Shown: one piece after another, positions 1 to 11,304 of the stretch
Numbering within the stretch: the first letter of the stretch is position 1
Layout: each line of letters starts with the position of its first letter
From: a bacterium
GTDB taxonomy: Bacteria > UBA8248 > JACPRG01 > G963555815
Assembly: GCA_963555815.3 (NCBI GenBank)
Contig: CAUVWX020000001.1
Coordinates: forward strand, 1,184,001 to 1,248,000
Direction of reading: 5' to 3'
DNA length: 64,000 nucleotides
Translations under genes and position numbers: made by a program
Notes under the pieces: generated by a model
What the model saw: the letters and a program-made list of their open reading frames with translations, nothing else
What the model was told of the DNA's origin: nothing
Databases searched by the model: none

Positions 1-878
1 TTGTCCAGTTCATGATTCACTATGTGACCCGCACGAAGATCGACATCCCCATTACAGGCCTCTCGAGCACCATCATCCGGATAGTGGTCCTGGGGACCGG
101 CACCGTTGTCCTCCTGGGGAACCTGGGGGTTTCCATCACGCCGCTCGTAACGGCCATGGGGGTCGGGGGTCTTGCAGCAGCCCTGGCCTTCAGGAGCACC
201 CTCGCCAATCTTTTCTCGGGTGTTCATCTCCTCATCGAGAAGCCCATCAGGGTGGGGGACTATATCAAGCTGGGCTCTGGGGAGGAGGGCTACGTCATCG
301 ATATCGGATGGCGGACGACTCGCATTCGCATGTTGCCGAACAACGTGATCATTCTACCGAACGAAAAACTGGCCGAAAGTATCATCACGAATTACAATCT
401 CCCCGAACGGGCCATGTCCCTCCTCATCCGGATCGGGGTGAGCTACGATTCTGACCCGGACCACATAGAGCGGATCCTCATCGAAGAGACGAAGGCCGCA
501 GCGGGAGAAGTCCCCGGCCTGCTCGAGGACCCTCCCCCCTTCGTCCGGTTCATCCCGGGTTTTGGGGATTTCTCACTGGACTTCACCCTCATCTGCCGGG
601 TGGCTGAGTTCGTGGACCAGTATCTGGTGCAGCACGAGTTGAGGAAGCGTATCTTCCGTCGGTTCAAAGCCGAGGGGATCACGATCCCATTCCCCATCCG
701 GACCATCGAACTGAAGGGGGAGGGCGCCCCCTTGCTCGAGGAAGTGGCGGCCCGCGCGATATCCAAGGGCCCCCAAAAATCCGAAAAGAGGGGCCGTAAA
801 GCGAAAACAGGCGTGGGTCAAGAGTCGCTGGAGTCCGCCATCGAAGGCGCTGCCGCAGACGACGTGCAGACGACGTAA
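1..878 (+). CDS. mscS: MscS family mechanosensitive channel, 5'-truncated by the window edge
   Basis: GVGGLAAALAFRSTLANLFSG, KPIRVGDYI, IGWRTTRIR, IGVSYDSD motifs; frame is open upstream of the ATG at 12. Confidence 0.9.
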   Translation, partial: VQFMIHYVTRTKIDIPITGLSSTIIRIVVLGTGTVVLLGNLGVSITPLVTAMGVGGLAAALAFRSTLANLFSGVHLLIEKPIRVGDYIKLGSGEEGYVIDIGWRTTRIRMLPNNVIILPNEKLAESIITNYNLPERAMSLLIRIGVSYDSDPDHIERILIEETKAAAGEVPGLLEDPPPFVRFIPGFGDFSLDFTLICRVAEFVDQYLVQHELRKRIFRRFKAEGITIPFPIRTIELKGEGAPLLEEVAARAISKGPQKSEKRGRKAKTGVGQESLESAIEGAAADDVQTT

Positions 879-1088
879 TGGGCGCTGATTGAGACACGCC
901 CTCACCCGAATCTCCACCTTTATCAGCCCCTCCGGACCCACTCTCCTTATTTCCTTTGTCCTTGACAGGGCCAGGGGCCCGTTGTAATAAGGACCTGCCA
1001 CGCGCACTTCATTGTAGAAAAAAATTTGTAAAAAAGTAGATGCCTGCCTGCGAGGATCCCGCATGATTGCGCCGTTTTTCTGGTGGAA

Positions 1089-2828
1089 ATGAACAATACC
1101 CTCACGCATGACGTGCTCATCGTTGGAGGAGGCGGGGCGGGTGTGCGGGCGGCCATCGCCGCCGCAGAGGCTTCCGGCCAGGTCTCCATCGGGGTCCTTT
1201 CGAAGGTGTATCCCATGCGGAGCCACACGGTGGCGGCCGAGGGTGGGACTGCCGCGGTCCTGCGAGAGGGTGACCACCTTGACCTCCACGCCAAGGACAC
1301 CATCTTCGGGAGCGACTTCCTGGCAGACCAGGATGCCGTAGAGGCCTTTGTGAGGGAGGCCCCCCAGGAGGTGATCCAGCTTGAGCACTGGGGTTGCCCG
1401 TGGAGCCGCGACCCGGATGGCCGGGTTAGTGCGCGGCCCTTCGGCGGGATGAGTCTGAATCGCACCGTCTTCGCCGCCGACAAGACGGGTTTCCATATGC
1501 TCCACACCCTTTTCCAGACCTCCCTCAAATATGAGCAGATCGTCTACTACGATGAGTGGTTTGTGAGCTCACTCCTGGTGGAGGAGGGAAAGGCCTGCGG
1601 TGTCGCGGCCATCAACCTCCAGGATGGACAGGTACGTCCCATCTCGGCGAAGGCGATCATTGTCTGCACCGGCGGCGCGGGCCGCGTCTTCCCCTTCACC
1701 ACGAACGGGTGGATCAAGACAGGCGACGGCATGGCGATGGCCTACCGCGCGGGCGTTGCCCTGAAGGACATGGAGTTCGTTCAGTACCACCCCACGGGGC
1801 TTCCGGATACCGGCATCCTCATCACAGAGGCGTCGCGGGGCGAGGGGGGGGTGCTGAAGAATAAGGATGGCTATCGTTATCTGCAAGACTACGGGCTCGG
1901 GCCCGCTTCAGACACTATCGTGAGAAAGAAGATGGAGCTCGGTCCGCGGGATATCCTGTCTCGGGCCCACATGAAGGAGCACGAAGCGGGAAGGACCTTC
2001 GAAGGTCCCTACGGCCACTATGTCCATCTGGACCTGACACACCTTGGCGAGGAGCTGATCGACAAGAAATTGCCTTTCGTCCGAGAACTGGCACGAAACT
2101 ATGCAGGGATCGACCCGGTCTACGAGCCCATCCCGGTTCGCCCGGTCGTGCACTACATGATGGGCGGGATCGACACCGACGCCATGGGCAGGACCTCCCT
2201 TGAGGGGCTCTACGCAGCTGGAGAGGTGGCCTGTGTTTCCATCAACGGCGCGAACCGGCTTGGCTCCAACTCCCTGACGGAGTGCCTGGTCTTTGGGGCC
2301 CGGGTCGGCCGGGAGGCGACTGAATACGCCCTGGGGAGGGACGCTCCAGCGTCAAAGCCCCTGGCCCAGCTGGCCCGAGATGAAGAGAGGCGCATTGAGG
2401 ATCGATTCCTCAAGAAGGTCGAAGGCAAGGAGCGCATCTCCACGATCCGGGAGGAGATGCATCAGACGATGGAGAAAGGGGCGGGCATCTTCCGCGATGG
2501 GAAGGAACTCCGGGAGACCTGCGAGGTCCTGAGGACGCTTCGCGAGCGATTTGGGGACATCGCCCTTACGCACCAGGACCGGGTCTTCAACACAGAGCTC
2601 ACGGCCGCCCTGGAGCTGGATTTCATGCTGGACGTCGCAGAGACCGTCGCCCATTCGGGGCTTCAGCGTCAGGAGTCCCGTGGCTCCCACACGCGGACTG
2701 ACTTCCCCAAACGCGACGACGACAATTTCCTGAAACACTCCCTGGCTCACCATACCCCCCAGGGTCCCAGCATTACGTACTCCCCGGTGACGATCACCCG
2801 CTGGCCCCCGGAGGAGCGCAAGTACTGA
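1089..2828 (+). CDS. frdA: Fumarate reductase/succinate dehydrogenase flavoprotein subunit
   Basis: GGGGAG FAD motif, SHTVAAEGG covalent-FAD His motif, [28 protein letters not shown]. Confidence 0.95.
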   Translation: MNNTLTHDVLIVGGGGAGVRAAIAAAEASGQVSIGVLSKVYPMRSHTVAAEGGTAAVLREGDHLDLHAKDTIFGSDFLADQDAVEAFVREAPQEVIQLEHWGCPWSRDPDGRVSARPFGGMSLNRTVFAADKTGFHMLHTLFQTSLKYEQIVYYDEWFVSSLLVEEGKACGVAAINLQDGQVRPISAKAIIVCTGGAGRVFPFTTNGWIKTGDGMAMAYRAGVALKDMEFVQYHPTGLPDTGILITEASRGEGGVLKNKDGYRYLQDYGLGPASDTIVRKKMELGPRDILSRAHMKEHEAGRTFEGPYGHYVHLDLTHLGEELIDKKLPFVRELARNYAGIDPVYEPIPVRPVVHYMMGGIDTDAMGRTSLEGLYAAGEVACVSINGANRLGSNSLTECLVFGARVGREATEYALGRDAPASKPLAQLARDEERRIEDRFLKKVEGKERISTIREEMHQTMEKGAGIFRDGKELRETCEVLRTLRERFGDIALTHQDRVFNTELTAALELDFMLDVAETVAHSGLQRQESRGSHTRTDFPKRDDDNFLKHSLAHHTPQGPSITYSPVTITRWPPEERKY

Positions 2829-2842
2829 GAGAAGGAGAGAAG

Positions 2843-3589
2843 ATGCCGGAGCCCACGATCACTCTCAAGGTCACCCGCTACCGCCCGGGACAGGAAAAGG
2901 CCCCGAGCGATCAGCTTTACTCGGTCCCGTATCATGAGGATTGGGTTGTCCTGGATGCCTTGAACTACATCAAGGACAAGATTGACGGGAGTCTTTCCTT
3001 TCGGTGGTCATGTCATATGGGGGTGTGCGGCAGCTGTGGCATGATGGTCAATGGTGTCCCGAAGTTGACCTGCGCCGTCTTCCTGCGCGATTACTACCCC
3101 AAGACCATCCGGGTGGAACCCCTGGAGAATTTTCCCATCATCCGAGATCTGGTCATCGATATGAGCGACTTCATGGAGAAGCTTCGCCGCATCAAGCCCT
3201 GGATCATCCGGGAGACGGAGAAGCCCCTCGCGGAAGGAGAATATCTGCAGACGCCGGAAGAGCATGAGACCTACTTGCCCTTTAGTATGTGTATCAACTG
3301 CATGCTTTGCTATTCAGCGTGTCCCGTTTACGGGCTGAACCCGACATTCCTGGGTCCCGCCGCTATTGCCCTGGCGCACCGCTACAACCTTGACTCTCGG
3401 GACGAGGGACAGAAGATGCGCCAGCCCGTCATCGCAAGCCATGAGGGGATCTGGGAGTGCACCTTCGTCGGGGAGTGCTCCGAGGTCTGCCCCAAACTGG
3501 TCGATCCGGCTGCCGCCATCCAGCGCTCTAAGGTCAGTACCACCCAGGATTGGTTCAAGTCCATGCTCCTGCCGTGGAAGACGAAGTAA
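2843..3589 (+). CDS. frdB: Fumarate reductase iron-sulfur subunit
   Basis: [11 protein letters not shown] (2Fe-2S), [24 protein letters not shown] cluster motifs. Confidence 0.95.
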   Translation: MPEPTITLKVTRYRPGQEKAPSDQLYSVPYHEDWVVLDALNYIKDKIDGSLSFRWSCHMGVCGSCGMMVNGVPKLTCAVFLRDYYPKTIRVEPLENFPIIRDLVIDMSDFMEKLRRIKPWIIRETEKPLAEGEYLQTPEEHETYLPFSMCINCMLCYSACPVYGLNPTFLGPAAIALAHRYNLDSRDEGQKMRQPVIASHEGIWECTFVGECSEVCPKLVDPAAAIQRSKVSTTQDWFKSMLLPWKTK

Positions 3590-3993
3590 TGGCCCCTCAT
3601 CCTGACAAGCCCCAGGTCTATCATCCCAAGATGGCACCCACCTGGTGGCTGAAGAACCCCAGGTATTTCCTCTTTATGATGCGCGAGCTGACGAGCGTCT
3701 TCATCGCCATCTTCCTCGTGGTTTTTCTCATCCAGATCTTCAAGCTCTCCCAAGGCCCCGAGGCCTATGCCAGCTTCCTGGAGAAGCTTCGGTCCCCTGG
3801 GTGGATCGCCTTCCACGTGGTGGCCTTGCTCTTTGCCCTCTACCACAGTTTCACCTGGTTCGACTTGACCTCCAAGGTCCAAATCGTCCAGCTGGGGAAA
3901 CGCCGGATGCCGCCAAGGCTCGTCACCGCCGCCAGCATCGGGGTCTGGGTGATCCTCTCCCTAGCCGTTCTTCTTTTGTTCTTCCTCCTTTGA
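3589..3993 (+). CDS. frdC: Fumarate reductase membrane anchor subunit C
   Basis: TWW..YM/FMMRELTS and HSFTWF motifs, 3 TM segments; ATG overlaps the frdB stop. Confidence 0.88.
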   Translation: MAPHPDKPQVYHPKMAPTWWLKNPRYFLFMMRELTSVFIAIFLVVFLIQIFKLSQGPEAYASFLEKLRSPGWIAFHVVALLFALYHSFTWFDLTSKVQIVQLGKRRMPPRLVTAASIGVWVILSLAVLLLFFLL

Positions 3994-4002
3994 GGCTGAG
4001 CC

Positions 4003-4359
4003 ATGTCTGAGAGAAAGACCGCTGAGCCCCTTTGGTGGGCCCTTTTTTCTGCGGGAGGGGTGGTGGCGGCCTTCCTGGTGCCCATCCACCTTTTTCTCCA
4101 TAGCCTCGCCGCTCCTCTCGGTTGGATCCCCGACAGGTTGATCAGTTACGACCGGATGGTGGCACTCTTCGGCCATCCCCTCGTGAAGGTCTACCTCTTT
4201 TTCGTGATTGCCCTGCCCCTCTACCACTGGGCCCACCGATTTCGCTTCATTCTTTTCGACCTGGGGCTGAAAGGCCTGCGAAAGCCTGTCGCCGTCCTGT
4301 GCTACGGCGGCGCCATCCTTGGCACGGCAGGGGCGTTGTGGGTCCTGTTGCAAGTCTGA
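4003..4359 (+). CDS. frdD: Fumarate reductase membrane anchor subunit D
   Basis: EPLWWALFSAGG and LPLYHWAHRFR motifs, 3 TM segments. Confidence 0.9.
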   Translation: MSERKTAEPLWWALFSAGGVVAAFLVPIHLFLHSLAAPLGWIPDRLISYDRMVALFGHPLVKVYLFFVIALPLYHWAHRFRFILFDLGLKGLRKPVAVLCYGGAILGTAGALWVLLQV

Positions 4360-4431
4360 GACGGCGGAAGATCCCCCCTTCCTTCCTCAAGCCTCGGCCC
4401 ATGTTCAGCCGAAGACCTTAGAGAGGGCAAT

Positions 4432-5604
4432 GTGAAGATCCACGAATATCAAGCCAAGATGATCCTGAAGGAGTTCGGTATCCCCGTTCCCAAGGGGGGG
4501 GTGGCGGAGACCCCAGAGAAGGCCCGCTCCATCGCCAAGGAGCTCGGCGGCCCTGTGGTGGTCAAGGCCCAGATCCATGCGGGGGGAAGGGGAAAAGGAG
4601 GAGGGGTGAAGGTGGTGAAAGGGCCTGCGGAGGCCGAAAAAGTCGCCCGCGCCCTTCTTGGCAGTCAACTGGTCACGCCCCAGACGAGGCCTGAGGGTCA
4701 ACGGGTGAAGCAAGTGCTCATTGAGGAGGCCGTGGAGACCGACAGGGAGCTTTATCTCGGGATTGTCCTCGACCGGGCCCAAGCCGCCCCCGTGGTGATG
4801 GCGAGCCGGGCAGGGGGGATGGAGATCGAAGAGGTGGCGGCCACCTCGCCCGACCAGATCCTGACCGAGGTGGTGAACCCCGCCCTTGGACTGATGGCCT
4901 ACCAGGGGAGAAGGCTTGCCTTTGGCCTGGATCTGGAGAAAGAACTCGCTCAGGGCGTCGCCGGTGTGGCTCAAAATTTCTGCCGACTTTTTACGGCCAG
5001 GGATTGCACGCTGGCCGAGATCAATCCCCTCGTCCTGGTGCGGGGGGGTCAGGTCTTGGCCCTGGATGCGAAGCTCGACTTTGACGACAACGCCCTCTTC
5101 CGCCACGAGGAGGTCCGCGCCCTTCGGGATCTCGACGAGGAGGCCCCCCTTGAGGTCGAGGCCTCCAAGCACAATCTCAACTACATCAAGCTCGAGGGCG
5201 ACGTGGGCTGCATGGTGAACGGGGCAGGGCTTGCCATGGCCACCATGGACCTCATTCAGCTCGCCGGGGCCGCGCCGGCCAACTTTCTGGATGTGGGCGG
5301 GGGGGCCACGGAGGAGATGGTGGAACACGCCTTTCGGATCCTGGTCTCGGACGAGGATGTCCGAGCCATCTTCATCAACATCTTCGGTGGGATCATGCAA
5401 ACGGACCGCCTGGCCCGGGGGCTCGTTCGAGGAATCCAGACGACGGGCCTCAATCTCCCCATCGTAGTCCGGATGGTGGGGACGAACGAGAAGGAGGGGT
5501 GGCGGATCCTCAAGGAGTCGGGGCTGAACTTCATTCAGGCCGCCGACATGAAAGACGCCGCCCAGAAGATAAGTGGCCTTCGCCAATCCGGGGAGATGCG
5601 ATGA
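4432..5604 (+). CDS. sucC: Succinyl-CoA synthetase beta subunit
   Basis: [50 protein letters not shown]. Confidence 0.95.
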   Translation: MKIHEYQAKMILKEFGIPVPKGGVAETPEKARSIAKELGGPVVVKAQIHAGGRGKGGGVKVVKGPAEAEKVARALLGSQLVTPQTRPEGQRVKQVLIEEAVETDRELYLGIVLDRAQAAPVVMASRAGGMEIEEVAATSPDQILTEVVNPALGLMAYQGRRLAFGLDLEKELAQGVAGVAQNFCRLFTARDCTLAEINPLVLVRGGQVLALDAKLDFDDNALFRHEEVRALRDLDEEAPLEVEASKHNLNYIKLEGDVGCMVNGAGLAMATMDLIQLAGAAPANFLDVGGGATEEMVEHAFRILVSDEDVRAIFINIFGGIMQTDRLARGLVRGIQTTGLNLPIVVRMVGTNEKEGWRILKESGLNFIQAADMKDAAQKISGLRQSGEMR

Positions 5605-6491
5605 GTGTCTTGGTCAACCGGGACACCCGGCTTGTCGTTCAGGGGATGGGCCGCCACGGGAGCTTTCACGCCGCCCGCTGCCAGGAATACGGCAAGGCTC
5701 AGGGGATTGAGCGACAGGTGGTGGCCGGCGTCACACCAGGGAAGGGGGGGACCCAAGTGGACGGGATTCCCCTCTTTAACACGGTGGCCCAGGCTGTCCG
5801 GGAGACAGGGGCCAACGCCTCGCTCATCTTTGTCCCCGGCCCCTTTGCGGCCGATGCCATCCTGGAGGCCGTCGATGCGGGTCTTCCCCTCGCCGTCTGT
5901 ATCACCGAGGGGATCCCCGCTTTGGATATGCTTTCCGTCCACCGCGCCCTTACTGGCAGCGCCACCCGTCTCATCGGCCCCAACTGTCCCGGGGTCATCT
6001 CTCCGGGCCAGTGCAAGGTGGGGATCATGCCCGGCCATATCCACCGAGAAGGGGAGGTTGGGGTGGTGTCCAGGAGCGGCACCCTGACCTACGAGGTGGT
6101 GGCCCAGCTGACAGCCCTTGAGATCGGCCAGTCCACCTGCATGGGGATCGGAGGAGACCCCATCATCGGGACGAGCTTTGTAGACGCCTTAAAACTCTTT
6201 GCCCAGGACTCGCAAACAACGGCCGTCTGTCTCATCGGTGAGATTGGAGGAGGGGCCGAGGAGGAGGCGGCTGAGTTCATTCGAGGGGGTGGATTTAAAA
6301 AGCCGGTCGTTGCATTTATCGCCGGTCAGACGGCCCCACCGGGACGACGCATGGGACACGCGGGGGCCATCATCTCTGGGGGAAAAGGGACGGCGGCGGC
6401 GAAGGTGGCGGCCCTGGAGGTGGCGGGGGTGACCCTCTGCCGAAGCCCAGCCGATATGGGAGAGACGATGGCGAAGATTCTCGGCCGCTGA
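5601..6491 (+). CDS. sucD: Succinyl-CoA synthetase alpha subunit
   Basis: [38 protein letters not shown] phospho-His motif; ATGA overlap with sucC. Confidence 0.95.
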   Translation: MSVLVNRDTRLVVQGMGRHGSFHAARCQEYGKAQGIERQVVAGVTPGKGGTQVDGIPLFNTVAQAVRETGANASLIFVPGPFAADAILEAVDAGLPLAVCITEGIPALDMLSVHRALTGSATRLIGPNCPGVISPGQCKVGIMPGHIHREGEVGVVSRSGTLTYEVVAQLTALEIGQSTCMGIGGDPIIGTSFVDALKLFAQDSQTTAVCLIGEIGGGAEEEAAEFIRGGGFKKPVVAFIAGQTAPPGRRMGHAGAIISGGKGTAAAKVAALEVAGVTLCRSPADMGETMAKILGR

Positions 6492-6550
6492 TCACAGACC
6501 GTGAGGACATAAAAACCCCGGTTTCCTTCCCGCCAGACGCAATCCTTTCA

Positions 6551-6579
6551 TTGACTTAGGGTCGGCCCCATGATAATCT
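6551..6579 (+). promoter_or_regulatory. Putative sigma70 promoter of the lysA-dap operon
   Basis: TTGACT-17 bp-TAATCT with extended TGn. Confidence 0.55.
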
Positions 6580-6616
6580 TTCTATCGCGTTCGTAGGTTC
6601 TTCCGAGGACATCCAG

Positions 6617-7885
6617 GTGGAAGATTTCGAATACCGGGACGGCGAGCTCTTTTGCGAAGAGGTTCCTCTTCGAGAGATCGCTGAGGGGGTCGGGACGCCC
6701 TGCTACGTTTACAGTAGCTCCTCTCTGACCCGTCAGTTCCGGGCCTTCAACGAGGCCTTTCGAGAGCTTCCCCACCTCATTTGCTTTGCTATGAAAGCCA
6801 ACGAAAACCTCGCCGTCCTCAAACTCTTCGCCAACCTGGGGGGCGGGGTTGACATCGTCTCGGGGGGCGAGCTTTTCCGGGCCCTCCAGGCGGGGATCCC
6901 GCCGGAGCGCATCGTCTTCGCGGGGGTAGGGAAATCCACCGAAGAGATCATCATGGCCCTCAAGCAGGGCATCCTGATGTTCAATGTAGAGTCGCCTGAG
7001 GAACTGGATGAGATCAATCACGTCGCAAAGAGTTTTGGCCGAAAGGCGCCCGTGGCCCTTCGGGTGAACCCCGACGTGGACCCGAAGACCCACCCCTATA
7101 TCTCCACGGGTCTGAGGAAGAGTAAATTCGGTATGGACATTTCCCTCGCCCTGGAGGAATACCGACGGGCGGCGGGGATGGAGTTTGTGGAAGTCCTGGG
7201 GGTCCATTCTCACATCGGCTCCCAGATCACCTCTGTCGGCCCCTTCGCAGACGCTGTCGATAAGGTATTGGCGCTGGTGGGGCGATTGCACGAGGTCGGA
7301 GTCTCCATCCGTTATCTCAATCTGGGGGGTGGCCTTGGGATCGCTTATCAGAGCGAGACCCTCCCTGGACCCGCTGAGCTCGCCGAGACCCTTGTGCCCC
7401 GCCTTCGCCAGATGAATCTCACGCTCCTCTTAGAGCCGGGGCGCCATCTGGTCGGCAACGCAGGGATCCTGTTGAGCAAGGTGCTTTACCGAAAGGAGAC
7501 CCCCGTCAAGCGATTCATCGTGGCCGACGCCGCCATGAACGACCTGCTGCGCCCGAGCCTTTACGAGGCCTATCATGAGGTGCGTCCCTTGTCCGCTATG
7601 AGCCCTCAGCCCGCTCTTCAGAGGGCGGACCTGGTGGGCCCCATCTGCGAGAGCGGCGATTTTCTGGCCCTGGACCGAGACCTGCCCGACCTGAAGCCGG
7701 GGGACCTGTTCGCGATGATGAGCGCTGGGGCCTACGGTTTCTCCATGTCCTCCAACTACAACGCCCGTCCCCGTGTACCAGAGGTCTTGGTAAAGGGTGG
7801 AAAACATTTTGTCGTCCGGAAGCGAGAGACCTATCACGACCTCATCCGGGGAGAGGAGATCCCCCCCTTCTTGGCGAACGGATAG
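6617..7885 (+). CDS. lysA: Diaminopimelate decarboxylase
   Basis: FAMKAN PLP lysine, HIGSQI, NLGGGLG, EPGR, GPICESGD, GAYG..MSSNYN. Confidence 0.96.
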   Translation: MEDFEYRDGELFCEEVPLREIAEGVGTPCYVYSSSSLTRQFRAFNEAFRELPHLICFAMKANENLAVLKLFANLGGGVDIVSGGELFRALQAGIPPERIVFAGVGKSTEEIIMALKQGILMFNVESPEELDEINHVAKSFGRKAPVALRVNPDVDPKTHPYISTGLRKSKFGMDISLALEEYRRAAGMEFVEVLGVHSHIGSQITSVGPFADAVDKVLALVGRLHEVGVSIRYLNLGGGLGIAYQSETLPGPAELAETLVPRLRQMNLTLLLEPGRHLVGNAGILLSKVLYRKETPVKRFIVADAAMNDLLRPSLYEAYHEVRPLSAMSPQPALQRADLVGPICESGDFLALDRDLPDLKPGDLFAMMSAGAYGFSMSSNYNARPRVPEVLVKGGKHFVVRKRETYHDLIRGEEIPPFLANG

Positions 7886-7899
7886 GGGGAGGACCGGGT

Positions 7900-8751
7900 A
7901 TGAAGCAGACCCTAAAGAATCGAACAGGGAAGGCCATCGCCTTTCATAAGATGCAGGGGGGTGGCAACGACTTCATCCTGATCGACAACCGGTCCGCCGG
8001 TCTGGATCCCGGGAATATTCGAGAATTTGTGAGAAAGGTCTGTCGAAGGGGTCTCTCGGCGGGCGCAGACGGTCTCATCCTCCTGGAGGAGAGCGAGCAG
8101 GCCAATTTCCGCTGGCATTACTTCAACGCCGACGGGGGCCGGGCCGAGATGTGCGGGAACGGCAGCCGCTGTGCCGCCCGTCTGGCCCATCTCCTGGGGA
8201 TGGCCCCTGACCGACTCACCTTTGAGAGTGATGTGGGGATCATCGCGGCCGAAGTGAAGGGCCCCCGGGTGAAGGTCAGGCTGGTGGATCCTTCGACTGT
8301 CGAGAGCGGGATCGAGATCGGTCTCAACGGGGTCTCGCACCGCTTCTACACGATAAACACCGGTGTCCCCCATGTGGTCGAGTTTGTTGAAGACTTAGAC
8401 GCTATGGATGTCGTGGGGGTGGGCGGGCCCGTCCGATATCATGAGCGGTTTGCCCCCGAGGGGACGAATGTCAACTTCGTCCGCCTGCTGGACCCAGGAA
8501 CCCTTGCGGTTCGGACCTACGAGCGGGGGGTGGAGGAGGAAACCCTGGCCTGCGGGACGGGCTCTGTCGCCGCGGCCCTGGTGGCGGCGGAGATCGGTAA
8601 GGCCAAGTCCCCCGTTGACGTCCGAGCTCGAAGCGGGGAGATTCTCCAGGTCTCCTTCTCACGGCGTGGAGACCGGTTCGAGGAGATCGACTTGGACGGG
8701 GAGACTGCGCTCGTCTACGAGGGGGTATTGCTCGAAGAGGCCTGGTGCTAG
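7900..8751 (+). CDS. dapF: Diaminopimelate epimerase
   Basis: KMQGGGNDF, EMCGNGSRC, NTGVPH, ERGVEEETLACGTG. Confidence 0.96.
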   Translation: MKQTLKNRTGKAIAFHKMQGGGNDFILIDNRSAGLDPGNIREFVRKVCRRGLSAGADGLILLEESEQANFRWHYFNADGGRAEMCGNGSRCAARLAHLLGMAPDRLTFESDVGIIAAEVKGPRVKVRLVDPSTVESGIEIGLNGVSHRFYTINTGVPHVVEFVEDLDAMDVVGVGGPVRYHERFAPEGTNVNFVRLLDPGTLAVRTYERGVEEETLACGTGSVAAALVAAEIGKAKSPVDVRARSGEILQVSFSRRGDRFEEIDLDGETALVYEGVLLEEAWC

Positions 8752-8768
8752 GGAAAAGGGGGAGGCCC

Positions 8769-9644
8769 ATGTTCAAAGGTTCGATGGTTGCCCTTGTCAC
8801 GCCTTTTCGAAATGGAGATGTGGACGAGGGTGCCCTTCGTGACCTCATCGAGTTTCAGATTGCCAGTGGGACCCACGCCATCGTCTCCTGCGGGACGACG
8901 GGAGAGTCCCCCGCTCTCTCCCAAGCAGAGTACGAGCGAGTGATTGAGCTGACCTTGGAGGTGGTAGCGGGACGGGTTCCCGTTATTGCCGGCACCGGTT
9001 CCAACTCGACGGCCGAGGCCGTCCGCAAGACCTCCCACGCCAAGAAGGTGGGTGTCGACGCAGCCCTGGTCATCGTCCCTTACTACAATAAGCCTACACA
9101 GGATGGCCTCTATCAGCATTTTCAGGCCGTGGCGGAGGCGGTGGACATCCCCATTCTCCTTTACAATGTCCCGGGACGCACCGCGACGAACCTCCTGCCG
9201 GAAACGGTCGCCCGCCTGGCCGAGATTTCCAATATCGTGGGGATCAAAGAGGCGGCGGGTTCCTTCCAACAGGCGAGCGACGTCATTGGCCTTTGCCCCC
9301 CGAAATTTTGTGTCATCTCAGGAGATGACTTTCTTGCTTTTCCCTTGTTGGCGGTAGGCGGAAAGGGGGTAATCTCCGTGACGGCGAATGTGGCTCCCGT
9401 TGACGTGGCTGAGCTTTACAACGCCATCGATGAGGGCGACTGGGCTCGGGCCCGGGGGCTTCACTATAAGCTGCGGCCCCTGAACCACGCCATGTTCTTT
9501 GAGAGCAACCCCATTCCCGTGAAGACGGCCCTTGGGCTCATGGGAAAATGCACAGGGGAGATGCGCCTCCCTCTTTCGCCGATGACGGAGCCCAATCGGC
9601 AGCGGCTCAATCAGGTCATACGAGAATATGGTCTTTTGAACTAA
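8769..9644 (+). CDS. dapA: 4-hydroxy-tetrahydrodipicolinate synthase
   Basis: ALVTPF, GTTGES, PYYNKP, YNVPGRT, GIKEA, NPIPVK. Confidence 0.96.
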   Translation: MFKGSMVALVTPFRNGDVDEGALRDLIEFQIASGTHAIVSCGTTGESPALSQAEYERVIELTLEVVAGRVPVIAGTGSNSTAEAVRKTSHAKKVGVDAALVIVPYYNKPTQDGLYQHFQAVAEAVDIPILLYNVPGRTATNLLPETVARLAEISNIVGIKEAAGSFQQASDVIGLCPPKFCVISGDDFLAFPLLAVGGKGVISVTANVAPVDVAELYNAIDEGDWARARGLHYKLRPLNHAMFFESNPIPVKTALGLMGKCTGEMRLPLSPMTEPNRQRLNQVIREYGLLN

Positions 9645-9678
9645 AAGGTCCTTCTATTCTCTTTTCTTTGAGGTTGGG

Positions 9679-11304
9679 ATGAGAAAGCTTTGGAACCGGG
9701 CAATAATTGTCTTCCTCTTGTTCTTCGCCGCCCTCGTGGCGTTGCCCACTGCCAGCGAGGCACAGGGACATCCCTCCGCCACAGATCGGCCTGGCCTAAA
9801 GAAGGACCCCTTCTCAGATCCCCGCCTAAAATATTTCGAAGAAGTCTTCCGCCTAATCGAGAGAAATCATGTCGCAGGCCCTTCAGTCAAGAGCCTCATC
9901 TCGGGGGCGATTGAGGGTTTGAGGAAGGAGGCGGGGGCCGACCGTGTGGAAGGGGAGGGGACACCCGCCCTTCGAATGGCCGGCAGGGAGTTGCAACTCT
10001 CTATCACGGAAGACGCGGAAAAAAGCCTGAGGGAGTTCTCCCAGGCTTACGACTTTCTGAAAGAGGGCATGCCTGCGGAGCAGGAGCACGGGGATCTCGT
10101 CTACGCCGCCGTCGATGGGATGCTGACGGCCCTTGACCCTCACAGCCATCTCCTGCGGCCCGAGATCTTTGAGGAGTTCCGGACCGAAACCCGTGGGGAG
10201 TTCAGTGGCCTTGGGATCGAGATCACCCTCCGGGAAGACCAGCTTATGGTGGTGGCCCCCATCGAGGGGACACCGGCCTATCGAGCGGGTCTCCGGTCCA
10301 GGGACGAGATCATCGAGATCGACGGGGTCAGCACCCGTGGGATGAACCTGTTCGAGTCCGTCCGCAGGATGCGGGGGGCCAGGGGCACTCAGGTCACACT
10401 GGCCATCCGGCGGGAGAGATTGCCGGCCCCTCTGTCCTTTACCCTGACCCGGGAGGTCATCAAGATTCGAAGTGTCCGCTCCAACGTCCTGGAGGGGGGA
10501 GTCGGCTATATTCGGATCCGAAGTTTTCTTGAGACCACCGGGAAGGATCTCCGTAACGCCCTTCGGGACTTGACGGACCAGGAGATCAATGGCCTCATCT
10601 TGGACCTTCGAAATAACCCAGGGGGGCTCCTTCATCAGGCTGTCGAAGTGGCTGATGCTTTCCTCGAAAAGAGCTCTCTCATCGTCTCCACGCGCGCAAG
10701 GCGCCCGGACCAGAACCTGAAGTTCATTGATCGGAAAAGGGGTCCTTACGAGGAGATCCCCCTTGTGGTCCTGGTCAATTCTGGCAGCGCTAGCGCGGCC
10801 GAGATCGTCTCGGGGGCCCTTCAGGACCTCGACCGGGGTCTTATCCTCGGACGGCGGACCTTTGGGAAAGGCTCCGTCCAATCTATCATCCCCCTCAGTG
10901 ATGGTTCCGGCCTTCGTCTCACCACCTCCCACTATTACACTCCCCATGGGCGGGACATCCACGAAAAGGGTCTCCTGCCGGACATCCTTATCCCCCAGCC
11001 CGGAGACAATGCGGGAGAGGTCATCCGCGAGCGGGACCTCGTCACTTACCACCAAAGAGGTGTTAGGCCCGAGGACGATGCTGATCGCCCCACACGGAAC
11101 CCGGGTCAGCCCTTGAGACCTCTTTTCGGCTCCCCGGAAGATCATCAGCTGGAGATGGCTCGAAGGCTTCTGGCGGAACACCCCACGGCGGACGTCTACG
11201 AGTTGTTCACCTACGCCAATCGCGAGCTTGAGCTGGTGGGGTCCACCTCCCAAACGCCTGAGGCCTCAGACCTCCAGGCCGACGACCTGGGGGAGGAGAG
11301 ATGA
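9679..11304 (+). CDS. ctpA: S41 carboxy-terminal processing protease with PDZ domain
   Basis: Signal peptide, LDPHS, GLGIEI PDZ, DLRNNPGG, SASAAEI, TFGKGSVQ. Confidence 0.92.
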   Translation: MRKLWNRAIIVFLLFFAALVALPTASEAQGHPSATDRPGLKKDPFSDPRLKYFEEVFRLIERNHVAGPSVKSLISGAIEGLRKEAGADRVEGEGTPALRMAGRELQLSITEDAEKSLREFSQAYDFLKEGMPAEQEHGDLVYAAVDGMLTALDPHSHLLRPEIFEEFRTETRGEFSGLGIEITLREDQLMVVAPIEGTPAYRAGLRSRDEIIEIDGVSTRGMNLFESVRRMRGARGTQVTLAIRRERLPAPLSFTLTREVIKIRSVRSNVLEGGVGYIRIRSFLETTGKDLRNALRDLTDQEINGLILDLRNNPGGLLHQAVEVADAFLEKSSLIVSTRARRPDQNLKFIDRKRGPYEEIPLVVLVNSGSASAAEIVSGALQDLDRGLILGRRTFGKGSVQSIIPLSDGSGLRLTTSHYYTPHGRDIHEKGLLPDILIPQPGDNAGEVIRERDLVTYHQRGVRPEDDADRPTRNPGQPLRPLFGSPEDHQLEMARRLLAEHPTADVYELFTYANRELELVGSTSQTPEASDLQADDLGEER

